Assembly (NCBI GenBank): GCA_929200365.1
Contig: CAKMZM010000002.1
Coordinates: 1-50,097 of the forward strand
Origin: an uncultured Flavobacteriaceae bacterium
GTDB lineage: Bacteria > Bacteroidota > Bacteroidia > Flavobacteriales > Flavobacteriaceae
DNA length: 50,097 nt
Reading direction: 5' to 3'
This document shows, piece by piece, positions 28,100 to 37,976 of the stretch. A model generated the notes under the pieces. That model searched no databases, was not told the DNA's origin, and was given only the letters and a program-made list of their open reading frames with translations. Position 1 is the stretch's first letter, and every line of letters begins with the position of its first letter. Both the position numbers and the translations under genes were made by a program.

Positions 28100-29029
28100 A
28101 TGACGGAAATTTTTCACCAAGGAGAACTTGATATTCAACAAAAAACAGGAGAAGCTTTAATTGCTAATTCAGTTAGCAGAATGATAACTGAAATTATTCC
28201 TGCACGAGTAGATAAGTTTATAGAGGAACAAACAATGGCAATAGTAAGCAGTATCGATCTTTCTGATAATATTTGGATTTCTGTCTTATTTGGAAATATT
28301 GGTTTTACCTCTGTTCTTAATCCAAATACAATTTTATTTAATAGGGCAAATATCTGTAGTACAAAATCAGATATTTTTTATAATAATATTGAAAAAAGAA
28401 AAGAGTTTGGCTCTTTGTTTATTGAATTATCAACTCGCAGAAGATTCAGGATAAATGGTGTAGCAGAAATCAATAAAGCTACAATAAAAATTTTGATACA
28501 AGAAGCTTATGCTAATTGCCCTAAATATATTCAGCAAAGGGTGTTAAATATTCCTATCCATTTTCAGCCTGTAAACACTATTTTAGAAAAAGGGATAACA
28601 ATAAATCAATCAACTAAAGATTGGATTATGCAGGCAGACACATTTTTTATTGGCAGTAAAAGTAATAATAACAAATTAGATGCTTCACATAGAGGTGGAA
28701 ATAAAGGTTTTATTCAAATTGTAGAAAACGTCTTAAAAATACCAGATTACAAGGGAAACAGTATGTATAATACATTAGGAAATATACATCAAAATTCAAA
28801 AACAGGTATTTTGTTTATTGATTTCAAAAAAGGAGATATACTTCAATTAACAGGTACTTCAAGCATTTTATTTGACCAAAAATCGGAAGAAGATTTATTA
28901 AGAACCGGAGGAACTGGAAGGTATTTATTGTTTACAACAGAACAATGGATTAGAACAGAAAAGCATCATCAAGTAGATTGGAAATTTTTAAGCAACTCAC
29001 CATTTAATCCATCTGATGGGGAATCATAA
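28100..29029 (+). CDS. Pyridoxamine 5'-phosphate oxidase-family (tandem FMN-binding split barrel) protein
   Basis: FHQGELDIQ, RRRFRING, AYANCPKYIQ, DASHRGG, PDYKGNSMYNTLGNI. Confidence 0.88.
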   Translation: MTEIFHQGELDIQQKTGEALIANSVSRMITEIIPARVDKFIEEQTMAIVSSIDLSDNIWISVLFGNIGFTSVLNPNTILFNRANICSTKSDIFYNNIEKRKEFGSLFIELSTRRRFRINGVAEINKATIKILIQEAYANCPKYIQQRVLNIPIHFQPVNTILEKGITINQSTKDWIMQADTFFIGSKSNNNKLDASHRGGNKGFIQIVENVLKIPDYKGNSMYNTLGNIHQNSKTGILFIDFKKGDILQLTGTSSILFDQKSEEDLLRTGGTGRYLLFTTEQWIRTEKHHQVDWKFLSNSPFNPSDGES

Positions 29030-29073
29030 GAAATTATAAAACTGCTTGCAACAGCGGTTTTATAATTTCTTAT
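29026..29073. terminator. Long hairpin between convergent genes
   Basis: ATAAGAAATTATAAAACTGCT-tgcaac-AGCGGTTTTATAATTTCTTAT 21-bp stem. Confidence 0.75.
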
Positions 29074-29316
29074 ATTTTGGTTATGGGATTAATATCTTAC
29101 CCTATTTTGGCAGGTAGCATCTGCGATTTACATTCAAGAAAGATTAAATGAACATTTTTTACATAGATTAATAACCTATTAGATTATACTTTATCTTTTA
29201 ACTTAGGTTGTTTGTGTTTACACAATATAATTAATTAACAAGAACAACCTCTTCAATTAAACGACTATACCAAATGTTTTTGATATTCATTGAAAAGAAA
29301 TAAAAGAATAAGAGTG

Positions 29317-32124
29317 TTATTTAGTGTCTTTGGTAGCATACTCAGAAGGAGTACATTGATACATTTCTTTAAAACATTTAGTGAAATAAGAATGATCATT
29401 GAAACCTACAGCATACCCAACTTGAGATACATTAGTGTCAGAATTTTTGAGTAACTGTGTAGATAATTTAAGACGTTGAGATCTAATAAATTCTGAGGAT
29501 GTTAAGCCAGTTAATGCTTTTAATTTTCTGTGTAGTTGCATTCGACTCATACCTAAGGTTTTACTAAATTTTTCAACAGTAAAAGAAGGTTCTATTAGTT
29601 GCTGATCCATCACTTTTTGTATTCTCGTTAAGAAATTTTTGTCTATAGGAGTTATAGCAATATCTTTGGGAATCAAATACACTTCCTGACTATATCGCAG
29701 TTGCATTTTTTTTCTAATGGTTAAAAGATTATTAACCTTAGCGGTCAGTATTTTTTGATTATATGGTTTAGTCATGTAGTCATCAGCACCAGTTTTCAAT
29801 CCTGACAATTCATTTTCTTCACCAGCTTTTGCTGTTAATAAAATAATGGGAATATGACTGGTACGTTCATCGACTTTTAATTCGTTGGTAAGCACAATTC
29901 CATCTTTTTTGGGCATCATAATATCTGAAATAATAATATCAGGAATGTGTTTTATTGCTATTTGATATCCTTCTTCTCCATTTTGTGCACTAATGACCTG
30001 ATATTGATCCTTAAAACTATCTTGAAGCAAACTATTTAAATCTTTGTTGTCTTCAATAATTAATAAAATAGGAAGCTCTTCCTTTTTGTTATGAAATTTA
30101 GGTTCATTTATAGAGATATCAGCAGTTTCTTTAATACTAAGAAAAGAGGCAGTAACATCTGAATCTTCCTTTCTGATCGTTGCGTTTTTGATTACCTTAT
30201 CTAAAGAAATTGTAAGATTAAAACTTGTCCATTCTTCTGGTTTACTATCTACTGTAATAGTTCCCTCATGTAATTTTACAAGCTCATTTACCAGAGCCAA
30301 TCCAATACCTGCACCAGATTGAGAGTTGTGGGTTTGATAAAAACGTTTAAAAACCAATTGCTGTTGTTCTTTGGTTAACCCTTCTCCTGTATTTTTTAAA
30401 TCTACAAATAGTTTGTTTTTTTTAATATAGGCATTGCAGATAACGGTGCCATCATCTGGGGTGTATTTTATAGCATTCGATATTAAATTAGTTACAATTT
30501 TATATAGCGCATCCCGATCCAACCAACCTTCTTTATTATGATTGTTGAGGTAGGTTAAGAAATTAATGTTTTTTAGACCTGCGATATACTCAAAATCTTT
30601 AAGGATTGCATTAATTAGTTGTATTGGTTTTACCTTTTGCAGGGATAAGGTCATACTACCTGCTTCAATTTTAGAAATGTCTAATAATTGATCAACCAAT
30701 TCAGACATTCGATTACTATTGTTTAACACTAATCCAAAATCGGTACGATCTTTTTGACTAAGATCTTTATTTATTAATTTATTTTGTATAGTTCCTGATA
30801 TTAAGGTAAGTGGAGTTCTAAGTTCATGTGATATATTAGAAAAAAAATGAGACTTTGCTTTATCTAGCTGTATAAGTTCTTTTTTTAGTTCTCGTTCATT
30901 TTCAAGCTCGAATAAACTTTTGATTCTGTTTTTAGCAGTTATTTTATTATTATAAGATACAATTCCAGAAAAAATTAAAATTTCGATTAATACCGTATTT
31001 AAAAAATACAAACCATTGGCAGTAATTATACTGGTAATGTTTCCAATGATAAGTAAAAAACTACTGATAAGTACAATTTTAGAGATAAAATCTTTTCTTA
31101 TGTAGAATAAGTATATAAAAACAATTAGTGTTATACTGCCAAAAAGTACTCTGAATATGAAGAAAACCTGGATACGGTAATTAAGATAAGGGTTTGTTAT
31201 AGATATAATTAAGTTAATCGCGGCAAAAAGAATAATGATCAACAAAAAGTAGTTAGAAAAGATATATAATTTCTTATGCTCTGTCTTGAATTTTAATATT
31301 CCGTAAACAAAATAAAAATAAAAAAAGGATGCCCCAATAATACTGAGATGATTTACATAGTGATAAAGCATTGGATGAAGATTATTGAGCATAGAAAAGG
31401 TAAATGGGGTTTTTGGAGCATAAATTCCAGTTACAAAAAGTAAATAAAGGCTATAGTTTAAAAAGTTTTTATCTTTGGAGATAATATAGCTAATAAGAAA
31501 AAATAAACAGGAAATAAATGTTATACTTGAGAAAAAACTGAGATATTTGGTTGATGAAATTTCTCTAATCATATCACCAATAATACTTTTATGATCAACA
31601 AGTATAACTCCAAAAGACTCTTTTATACTCATTTTTCCAGCTTCTGAGATAGGTTTTTTATTAAAATAAAAAGGTTTAGAAAAGTCAATAGAATTAGCAG
31701 ATAAACTTAAAGATGATGCTTGTTCAATATCATAAGTGATTTTACCTTTTTTAATGAATGTTCCAGTTTTATATTTTTTGTATCCTTTCTTAAGAGGAAT
31801 ATAAAAATCAGATTCATCACTAATGAAGGTTAAAAAATATAATATTTGGGCATCTGTTTTTTGATTGATACGGAAGCAATACCAATAGAAAGCATCTGGT
31901 TTTGAATTTTTTAGATCGTTATAATGTATAGGTTTAAACGGTTGATTTGTAATTTGACCGAAATCAAGTTTTTTTGAATGATCTTTATAGAGTAGAACTT
32001 TTTCAATTGGAATATAAATACTATCCTTTGTAGTTATTTCTATGGGTAGAACAGAAATTTGTTGAGCACTAGAATTTATTTTAAAGATTAGAAAAATCAG
32101 AAAAAAACAATTTTTCATTAGCAT
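29317..32124 (-). CDS. Hybrid two-component sensor kinase/response regulator with 7TM-DISM-like input and AraC output
   Basis: Periplasmic domain + ~7 TM, ISHELRTPL, NLISNAIKYT, GAGIGL, receiver SDIMMP, AraC MSRMQLHRKLK...VGFNDHSYFTKCFK. Confidence 0.93.
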   Translation of the reverse strand: MLMKNCFFLIFLIFKINSSAQQISVLPIEITTKDSIYIPIEKVLLYKDHSKKLDFGQITNQPFKPIHYNDLKNSKPDAFYWYCFRINQKTDAQILYFLTFISDESDFYIPLKKGYKKYKTGTFIKKGKITYDIEQASSLSLSANSIDFSKPFYFNKKPISEAGKMSIKESFGVILVDHKSIIGDMIREISSTKYLSFFSSITFISCLFFLISYIISKDKNFLNYSLYLLFVTGIYAPKTPFTFSMLNNLHPMLYHYVNHLSIIGASFFYFYFVYGILKFKTEHKKLYIFSNYFLLIIILFAAINLIISITNPYLNYRIQVFFIFRVLFGSITLIVFIYLFYIRKDFISKIVLISSFLLIIGNITSIITANGLYFLNTVLIEILIFSGIVSYNNKITAKNRIKSLFELENERELKKELIQLDKAKSHFFSNISHELRTPLTLISGTIQNKLINKDLSQKDRTDFGLVLNNSNRMSELVDQLLDISKIEAGSMTLSLQKVKPIQLINAILKDFEYIAGLKNINFLTYLNNHNKEGWLDRDALYKIVTNLISNAIKYTPDDGTVICNAYIKKNKLFVDLKNTGEGLTKEQQQLVFKRFYQTHNSQSGAGIGLALVNELVKLHEGTITVDSKPEEWTSFNLTISLDKVIKNATIRKEDSDVTASFLSIKETADISINEPKFHNKKEELPILLIIEDNKDLNSLLQDSFKDQYQVISAQNGEEGYQIAIKHIPDIIISDIMMPKKDGIVLTNELKVDERTSHIPIILLTAKAGEENELSGLKTGADDYMTKPYNQKILTAKVNNLLTIRKKMQLRYSQEVYLIPKDIAITPIDKNFLTRIQKVMDQQLIEPSFTVEKFSKTLGMSRMQLHRKLKALTGLTSSEFIRSQRLKLSTQLLKNSDTNVSQVGYAVGFNDHSYFTKCFKEMYQCTPSEYATKDTK

Positions 32125-32175
32125 AAGTTTTACTTTTTAAATATAGCAATAATAAGTAAATCAGGTTTCTAGAGA

Positions 32176-32206
32176 TATGATTTATGTAACAAAATAATGT
32201 TACATA
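32176..32206. promoter_or_regulatory. Candidate autoregulatory operator upstream of hybrid regulator
   Basis: TATGATTTATGTAACA plus palindrome TATGTAACA-aaataa-TGTTACATA. Confidence 0.55.
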
Positions 32207-32410
32207 TATGCAAATCGATGTTCTAGATTGTAATCCAGAGAACCAAAATACTTTGGATTCTGAAAAATAATCATATTTTTATACTCGCAAATGAATTTTT
32301 CATTAGCAACAGATAATTTTTAGGGTTTTATCTCGTGATTTCCTATAACTCCCTTTTTGAGGGTCAGAATCTAAATGATTTTATAACCTTTTTTTCAGCA
32401 CTACTCTAAA

Positions 32411-33277
32411 ATGAATAAAAACGTAAAGCTTATTGAATGCCCTAGAGATGCTATGCAAGGTATAAAAGAATTTATTCCTACAGAAAAGAAGGTTCAATAC
32501 ATTCAGTCGTTGTTACGGTGTGGTTTTGATACTATAGATTTCGGAAGTTTTGTCTCGCCAAAAGCAATACCACAAATGGTAGATACTGCAGAGGTTTTGT
32601 CGCAATTGGATCTTTCTGATACCAGGAGCAAATTGTTAGCTATTATCGCCAATGTTCGTGGTGCTAATGATGCAGTACAGCATGAAGCTATCGATTATCT
32701 GGGATATCCTTTCTCGATTTCAGAAAATTTTCAGATGAGAAATACACATAAGACTATTGCAGAATCTGTAACTACATTACAAGAAATATTACATATCGCT
32801 GATAAAGCAAATAAAAAAGTGGTAGCTTATCTTTCTATGGGTTTTGGCAATCCTTATGGGGATCCTTGGAATGTAGAAATAGTAGGGGAGTGGACAGAGA
32901 AGTTAAGTAAGATGGGAGTGAAGATTCTTTCATTATCAGATACTGTTGGTACTTCTACACCAGAAATCATTGATTATTTGTTTTCGAATTTAATTCTAAC
33001 CTATCCAGAGATTGAATTTGGAGCGCATTTGCATACTACACCAACAAGCTGGTTTGAAAAAATTGACGCGGCATATAAAGCTGGATGCAGACGGTTTGAT
33101 GGAGCAATTCAAGGATTTGGAGGATGCCCTATGGCAAAAGATGAACTAACAGGTAATATGCCTACAGAACGTATGATTTCATATTTTACTACTGTAAATG
33201 CAGAAACAAATATCAAAACGCTAAGTTTTGAATCTTCACATAACGAGGCCACAAAAATTTTTTCTATCTACCATTAA
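32411..33277 (+). CDS. Hydroxymethylglutaryl-CoA lyase
   Basis: ECPRDAMQG, SFVSPKAIPQM, LSDTVG, GAHLH, GFGGCPMA. Confidence 0.92.
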   Translation: MNKNVKLIECPRDAMQGIKEFIPTEKKVQYIQSLLRCGFDTIDFGSFVSPKAIPQMVDTAEVLSQLDLSDTRSKLLAIIANVRGANDAVQHEAIDYLGYPFSISENFQMRNTHKTIAESVTTLQEILHIADKANKKVVAYLSMGFGNPYGDPWNVEIVGEWTEKLSKMGVKILSLSDTVGTSTPEIIDYLFSNLILTYPEIEFGAHLHTTPTSWFEKIDAAYKAGCRRFDGAIQGFGGCPMAKDELTGNMPTERMISYFTTVNAETNIKTLSFESSHNEATKIFSIYH

Positions 33278-33337
33278 ATGAATGTAACATGCTTAAAATA
33301 AATATGTTATTTTTATTTCTTTATCAAAGCATAAAAT

Positions 33338-33433
33338 TAATTTAGATTTGGTATAAATAAAATTTGTCAAGTTCGTTTTGATGAATATATTTGCGAACGA
33401 TACAAGTAAGCTATTTAAATTAAGTCTAAATAA
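33338..33433 (+). promoter_or_regulatory. Promoter (TTTG 33363, TATATTTG 33386) bracketed by two 23-bp TTATTTAGA-N5-TCTAAATAA-like boxes (putative Fur/iron boxes)
   Basis: TAATTTAGATTTGGTATAAATAA (33338-33360) and CTATTTAAATTAAGTCTAAATAA (33411-33433). Confidence 0.6.
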
Positions 33434-33436
33434 AAA

Positions 33437-34615
33437 ATGAAAAATAAATTAACACTATTATTATTAACTATTACTTTTATAAGTTTTGCTCAAACTAAGC
33501 AGGATTCTATACAATTGGATCCTCAAAAACAAATTAATGCTGCACAGCGTATCCTATCTGGTAATTATGGTAAGGCTGTAACTGTTGGAGTATACGGAGA
33601 AATGCTATATAATCAGCCTGAAGGAGACAATGGAGAGTTAGATGTACAACGATTAGTGTTACTTTTTGGATATAGATTTAGTGACCAGATACAATTTGTA
33701 ACAGAAGTTGAACTTGAACATGTGGAAGAAGTTTTTGTTGAACAAGCTTTTGTTAATTATAATGTAGCTGATAATGTAAACCTTCGTGGAGGTTTGATGT
33801 TGGTGCCTATGGGACTTATCAATGAGTTTCATGAGCCTACTACATTTAATGGTACAGAACGTCCTGCTGTTGATAATGTTATTGTTCCTACAACATGGAG
33901 AGAACTTGGTATTGGAGTTAATGGTAGATTTAATAACCTTTCTCTAGGGTATCAGGCTTATATTTTTAATGGTTTCAAATCTACAGAGTCTGACGGCGAA
34001 GGAGGAGTAAATGGGTTTTTAAAAGGATCAAATGGGTTACGTAGTGGTCGCCAGAAGGCAATCCAATCTACAATCGATAGCCCTACTTTTTCAGTAAAAT
34101 TAGACTACTATGGATTGCCTGGATTACGATTAGGTCTATCTGGATATTTTGGTCAAACACAAGCCGAAGATGATGTAGAGGATCAGAATGGAGCTAATGT
34201 TGGTATTTCTATGCTTGGTTTTGATGCTAGATATGCATATCAAAGGTTTACCGCCAGAGGACAATTTATTTATACATCACTATCTGGTACAGATGACTAT
34301 AATTCATTAACAGATAGAGATTTGGGTAGTGCTTTAATGGGATGGTATGTCGAAGGAGCATTTAACCTATTGCCTATGATAAATAAACAAAAACTATTTG
34401 CTTTTGCACGTTATGAACAATATGATACTCATGCAAGTACAGCGGGTAGTCTAGAACGAAACGATGCATATAATCGTACTGATATTACTACTGGATTAAG
34501 TTATCATATCACTCCTGGTGTGGTACTAAAAGGAGATTATCAATTTAGAGATAATGCCTTATCTAGTAATGATGTTAAGAACCGACTAAACTTCGGTATT
34601 GGAGTTTGGTTCTAA
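33437..34615 (+). CDS. Outer-membrane beta-barrel, OprO/OprP porin-like
   Basis: Signal peptide, EVELEH..VEQAF, INEFHEPTTF, IVPTTWRELG, terminal FGIGVWF. Confidence 0.8.
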   Translation: MKNKLTLLLLTITFISFAQTKQDSIQLDPQKQINAAQRILSGNYGKAVTVGVYGEMLYNQPEGDNGELDVQRLVLLFGYRFSDQIQFVTEVELEHVEEVFVEQAFVNYNVADNVNLRGGLMLVPMGLINEFHEPTTFNGTERPAVDNVIVPTTWRELGIGVNGRFNNLSLGYQAYIFNGFKSTESDGEGGVNGFLKGSNGLRSGRQKAIQSTIDSPTFSVKLDYYGLPGLRLGLSGYFGQTQAEDDVEDQNGANVGISMLGFDARYAYQRFTARGQFIYTSLSGTDDYNSLTDRDLGSALMGWYVEGAFNLLPMINKQKLFAFARYEQYDTHASTAGSLERNDAYNRTDITTGLSYHITPGVVLKGDYQFRDNALSSNDVKNRLNFGIGVWF

Positions 34616-34644
34616 ATATTTAATGATTGAAAAGTGTTTTTTCG

Positions 34645-34673
34645 CCTCATAGGTTTTGCCATGACCTATGAGG
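34645..34673. repeat. REP-type palindrome, copy 3
   Basis: CCTCATAGGT-tttgccatg-ACCTATGAGG, same family as 12476 and 16342. Confidence 0.7.
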
Positions 34674-34741
34674 TTTTAACGCTTTATAAATTTGGTCTGT
34701 TTTTTGTTTTATTGATAATGAGTTTTAAATACTTTTGCAAG

Positions 34742-35278
34742 ATGAAAATTAGAATGTCTATTATTCTTTTATTAGTAGTGACGTTTATACTAACTTCATT
34801 TACCAATCACTCTAAGAAAATAGAGAAAAAAGTAAATAAAGAAATCACTACTTATTTTGGTACAGAAGAATTTTCTACCGAAGTTATAAAAATTTCTGAT
34901 GTAGATAATAGAGCTGTAAAATCAGAGTTTGGAAAAGACAATCTGTTAAAGATAGTAAACGCAGATGGTTTATTGGGCTATGCATATATTGGTAATGCTC
35001 CAAGTAAGACTGCTACTTTTGATTATCTAGTAATTTTTGATAAAAATTTTTCTATTCTAAGATCTAAAGTGTTAATTTATAGAGAAGAATACGGTGGAGA
35101 GATAGGAAGCAAGCGTTGGTTAAAACAATTTGTAGGAAAATCAATGAATGATCAAATTAATTTCCCTGGAGATATTGATGGAATCTCTGGAGCTACAATT
35201 TCTGTAAGATCGATGACCAAAGCTTTAGATATTTTATTAAAAAGTATAAACGCATTACACTTAAACGAAGTAATTTGA
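34742..35278 (+). CDS. Extracytosolic FMN-binding (ApbE-flavinylated) protein
   Basis: YREEYGGEI, WLKQFVGK, DGISGATIS flavinylation motif; TACTTTTG at 34730 favours ATG 34742/34754 over the track's GTG. Confidence 0.88.
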   Translation: MKIRMSIILLLVVTFILTSFTNHSKKIEKKVNKEITTYFGTEEFSTEVIKISDVDNRAVKSEFGKDNLLKIVNADGLLGYAYIGNAPSKTATFDYLVIFDKNFSILRSKVLIYREEYGGEIGSKRWLKQFVGKSMNDQINFPGDIDGISGATISVRSMTKALDILLKSINALHLNEVI

Positions 35279-35766
35279 TGCAGTTTCATGGTTTAATACA
35301 TACTTTCCCCAAAGAAATAAAATTATTTATAGGAGTTTTTATTATTGTTTTAAGTGTAGGGTATTTTACGGGATTATTATTTGTTAATGAAACTTCATCT
35401 ACATACCCTAATGGGATTGAAGAGAATTATTTAGGTAATGAAGATGATGAGAATGCAGAAATAATGAAGTTTAAAAAAGGGGAAAGAGAAATGCTTACTA
35501 TTATCCATACCCATATTTTATCAATGTCATTTATCTTCTTCTTATTGGGAGGAATACTAGCAGTAACTTCAATACATAAAAAGCTAAAGCTTTTTTTGAT
35601 GATAGAACCCTTTTTGTCAATTATTTTAACTTTTGGAGGTATTTACTTTTTATGGATAGGGGTAAGTTGGATGAAATATGTAGTAATATGCTCTGGGATA
35701 TTAATGACAATTACTTTTAGTATAGGGACTGCCTTAGTATTTTGGCAACTATTTCAAAAAAAATAA
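35278..35766 (+). CDS. Conserved 4-TM inner-membrane protein with HTH(I) His pair
   Basis: Hydrophobic segments, IIHTHILSMS; TGATG overlap with FMN-binding gene. Confidence 0.75.
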   Translation: MQFHGLIHTFPKEIKLFIGVFIIVLSVGYFTGLLFVNETSSTYPNGIEENYLGNEDDENAEIMKFKKGEREMLTIIHTHILSMSFIFFLLGGILAVTSIHKKLKLFLMIEPFLSIILTFGGIYFLWIGVSWMKYVVICSGILMTITFSIGTALVFWQLFQKK

Positions 35767-35872
35767 AAACACTTCACTAAACTAGAAACGAAAAATTTAA
35801 TCTTAATCAGAATTAGTTTTTGTTCAAGGAAAAATACAGATTCAATTCTGTGTTAAAAAAAGAGCGATCAGA

Positions 35873-36385
35873 ATGAATGAGTTTTTTGAGTATGACAGTA
35901 TGATTTCTAAGTATTACAAAAAAGCATCTACTCATGCATTGCCGTTAATGTCTTGGGAGTTTTATGGAGAATATCGTACAGTATTAGAAAGTTTTAAAAA
36001 AGACTTTAATATCTTAAAGAAGATTACCAAAAACTGGAATTTTAAAAGAAATTATTATCAAGAATTTATCCATGAACAATCTGTTATTGTTATTACAAAA
36101 CCCAACCTTAAAATTGTATTTGTTTCGCAAAATATTCAAAAACTAAGTGGATATTTACCTAATGAAGTTATAGGCAACTCTCCAAAGATATTTCACGGGG
36201 AAGATACTTGTGCTATAACATTATTAAAAATGAAAAATGCAGTAGACAACAAAATTCCTTTTGAAGTGTCGATTATAAACTATAAAAAAGATAAAACACC
36301 ATATGTTTGTCTGATAAAAGGATTCCCAGTTTTAAATAAGCAAGGTAAGTTGGTAAATTATATTGTTTTTAAGAGAATTACCTAA
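35873..36385 (+). CDS. Stand-alone PAS-domain protein
   Basis: IVITKP..IVFVS..LSGY..NEVIGNSPKIFHG, INYKKDKTPY. Confidence 0.85.
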   Translation: MNEFFEYDSMISKYYKKASTHALPLMSWEFYGEYRTVLESFKKDFNILKKITKNWNFKRNYYQEFIHEQSVIVITKPNLKIVFVSQNIQKLSGYLPNEVIGNSPKIFHGEDTCAITLLKMKNAVDNKIPFEVSIINYKKDKTPYVCLIKGFPVLNKQGKLVNYIVFKRIT

Positions 36386-36907
36386 AAGAATCTTTTATTG
36401 GCTTTGGTTTCAGTTTGGATCTGAAGCTTTATAATTTCATTACAATGCAGGGTGATTTTTAACAAAACCCATATTTATTGTTCCACGGGTCTTCCATTTT
36501 AGATAAACTCGTCACTTTTTTGCGCTCATTCGTCACAAATGCGTTAATAAAATTTTATATATACCTTTTTTCTTTTTTGTTTGCTTCAACAAAGAAATAA
36601 TGAAGATTAAAGGCATTTCTTCGTAAAAATGACACTAAAGGGAAAACAATAGGGGCACATTCTTTTTTTAAACTTTCCATCATCAAAATTCTTATAATTT
36701 TTAATAGCATTAAAGCATTATTTAGGATGGATTATTGTGTTAATAATTTGGATGATAAATTATTGGTGGACTTAAAATTGTGTAAAATAGATTCTTAAAG
36801 AATCATTTATAGTCTAACAAGAATGAAACTAAAATAAAAACAGATTTCCATTATCTGAGAAGATATTAAAAATGATGTTTAATTGATAAGTTGGTATTAA
36901 AAAAGTT

Positions 36908-37774
36908 ATGATAAAAATATGTAAATCAATAAGCAAAAATAAGTGGTTTCAAAACTCTATTACAATTGCTATTTTAGTTGCAGGTGTTCTGGTAGGTATT
37001 GCTACTTACTCTGAGTTTTCTGAAAAGCACAAAGCCATATTAGAGGTGTTAAATCAAATAATTTTAGGTGTTTTCATTATAGAGATTGTAGTGAAGATCA
37101 TTGCAGAAGGCAAAAAACCTTGGCTCTATTTTACAGATGGATGGAATATTTTTGATTTTATAATTGTAGCAGCTGCATTTCTTCCTTTTGGAGGAAGCTC
37201 AATAGCAATATTACGTTTACTCCGTTTATTAAGGGTTTTAAAGCTTATAAAAGCATTACCAAAACTTCAAATGTTAGTAGGAGCGCTATTAAAGAGTATA
37301 CCTTCTATGGGGTATGTTTCTATCTTATTAATGTTGCTTTTTTATATTTATGCAGTAGCTGGTGTGTTCTTCTTTTCAGAAAATGATCCAATACATTTTC
37401 AAGATTTACAAAGATCAATGCTATCCTTATTTAGGATAGTAACATTAGAAGATTGGACAGATATTATGTACATAAATATGTTTGGGTGTGAGAACTATGG
37501 GTATGATGGAAATATGAATCTTTGCATAAATTCGCAAAGTTCTTTAGCACTCTCGGTTACTTACTTTGTGTCATTTGTTCTTATCGGCACTATGATTTTT
37601 TTAAACTTATTTATTGGGGTTATTATGAATGGTATGGACGAAGCAAAAAATGAGATGTTACTTGAAAGTCAAGTGAAATCTAGAGAAAAAGACACAAGTA
37701 TTGAAGATGTAGAAAGTAAAATATCCGAACTACAGAAATTGTTGGAGTTGTATAAAATTCAACAAAAAAGATAA
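36908..37774 (+). CDS. Bacterial voltage-gated cation channel (BacNav-like, Ion_trans)
   Basis: WNIFDFIIV, S4 LRLLRLLRVLKLIK, filter TLEDWTD, S6 LNLFIGVI, C-terminal coiled coil. Confidence 0.92.
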   Translation: MIKICKSISKNKWFQNSITIAILVAGVLVGIATYSEFSEKHKAILEVLNQIILGVFIIEIVVKIIAEGKKPWLYFTDGWNIFDFIIVAAAFLPFGGSSIAILRLLRLLRVLKLIKALPKLQMLVGALLKSIPSMGYVSILLMLLFYIYAVAGVFFFSENDPIHFQDLQRSMLSLFRIVTLEDWTDIMYINMFGCENYGYDGNMNLCINSQSSLALSVTYFVSFVLIGTMIFLNLFIGVIMNGMDEAKNEMLLESQVKSREKDTSIEDVESKISELQKLLELYKIQQKR

Positions 37775-37976
37775 TTAAACTATATGATTATTCCGATGTT
37801 TCTCCTAAAACCTTGTAGTACTTGATTTTTTTATCCTGTAATAAAATTTTTATGAAAATCAAAGCCTAGTGCGTCTAGTAATTACAAGAGGTTTTGGCTA
37901 ATGAAAAATTATTGGAACTTAACGTACAGGCATATTAAACTAAATCGTATTCAATAATTAATTTAAACTAATAAAC

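Noticed and set aside
34634-34741. Upstream GTG extension of the FMN-binding ORF
   Set aside because: Runs through a REP hairpin and a promoter element; the signal peptide begins at 34742/34754
37806-37895. Weak inverted repeat AAAACCTTGTAGTACT / AGTAATTACAAGAGGTTTT
   Set aside because: Needs gaps to pair, no TSD and no second copy in the window
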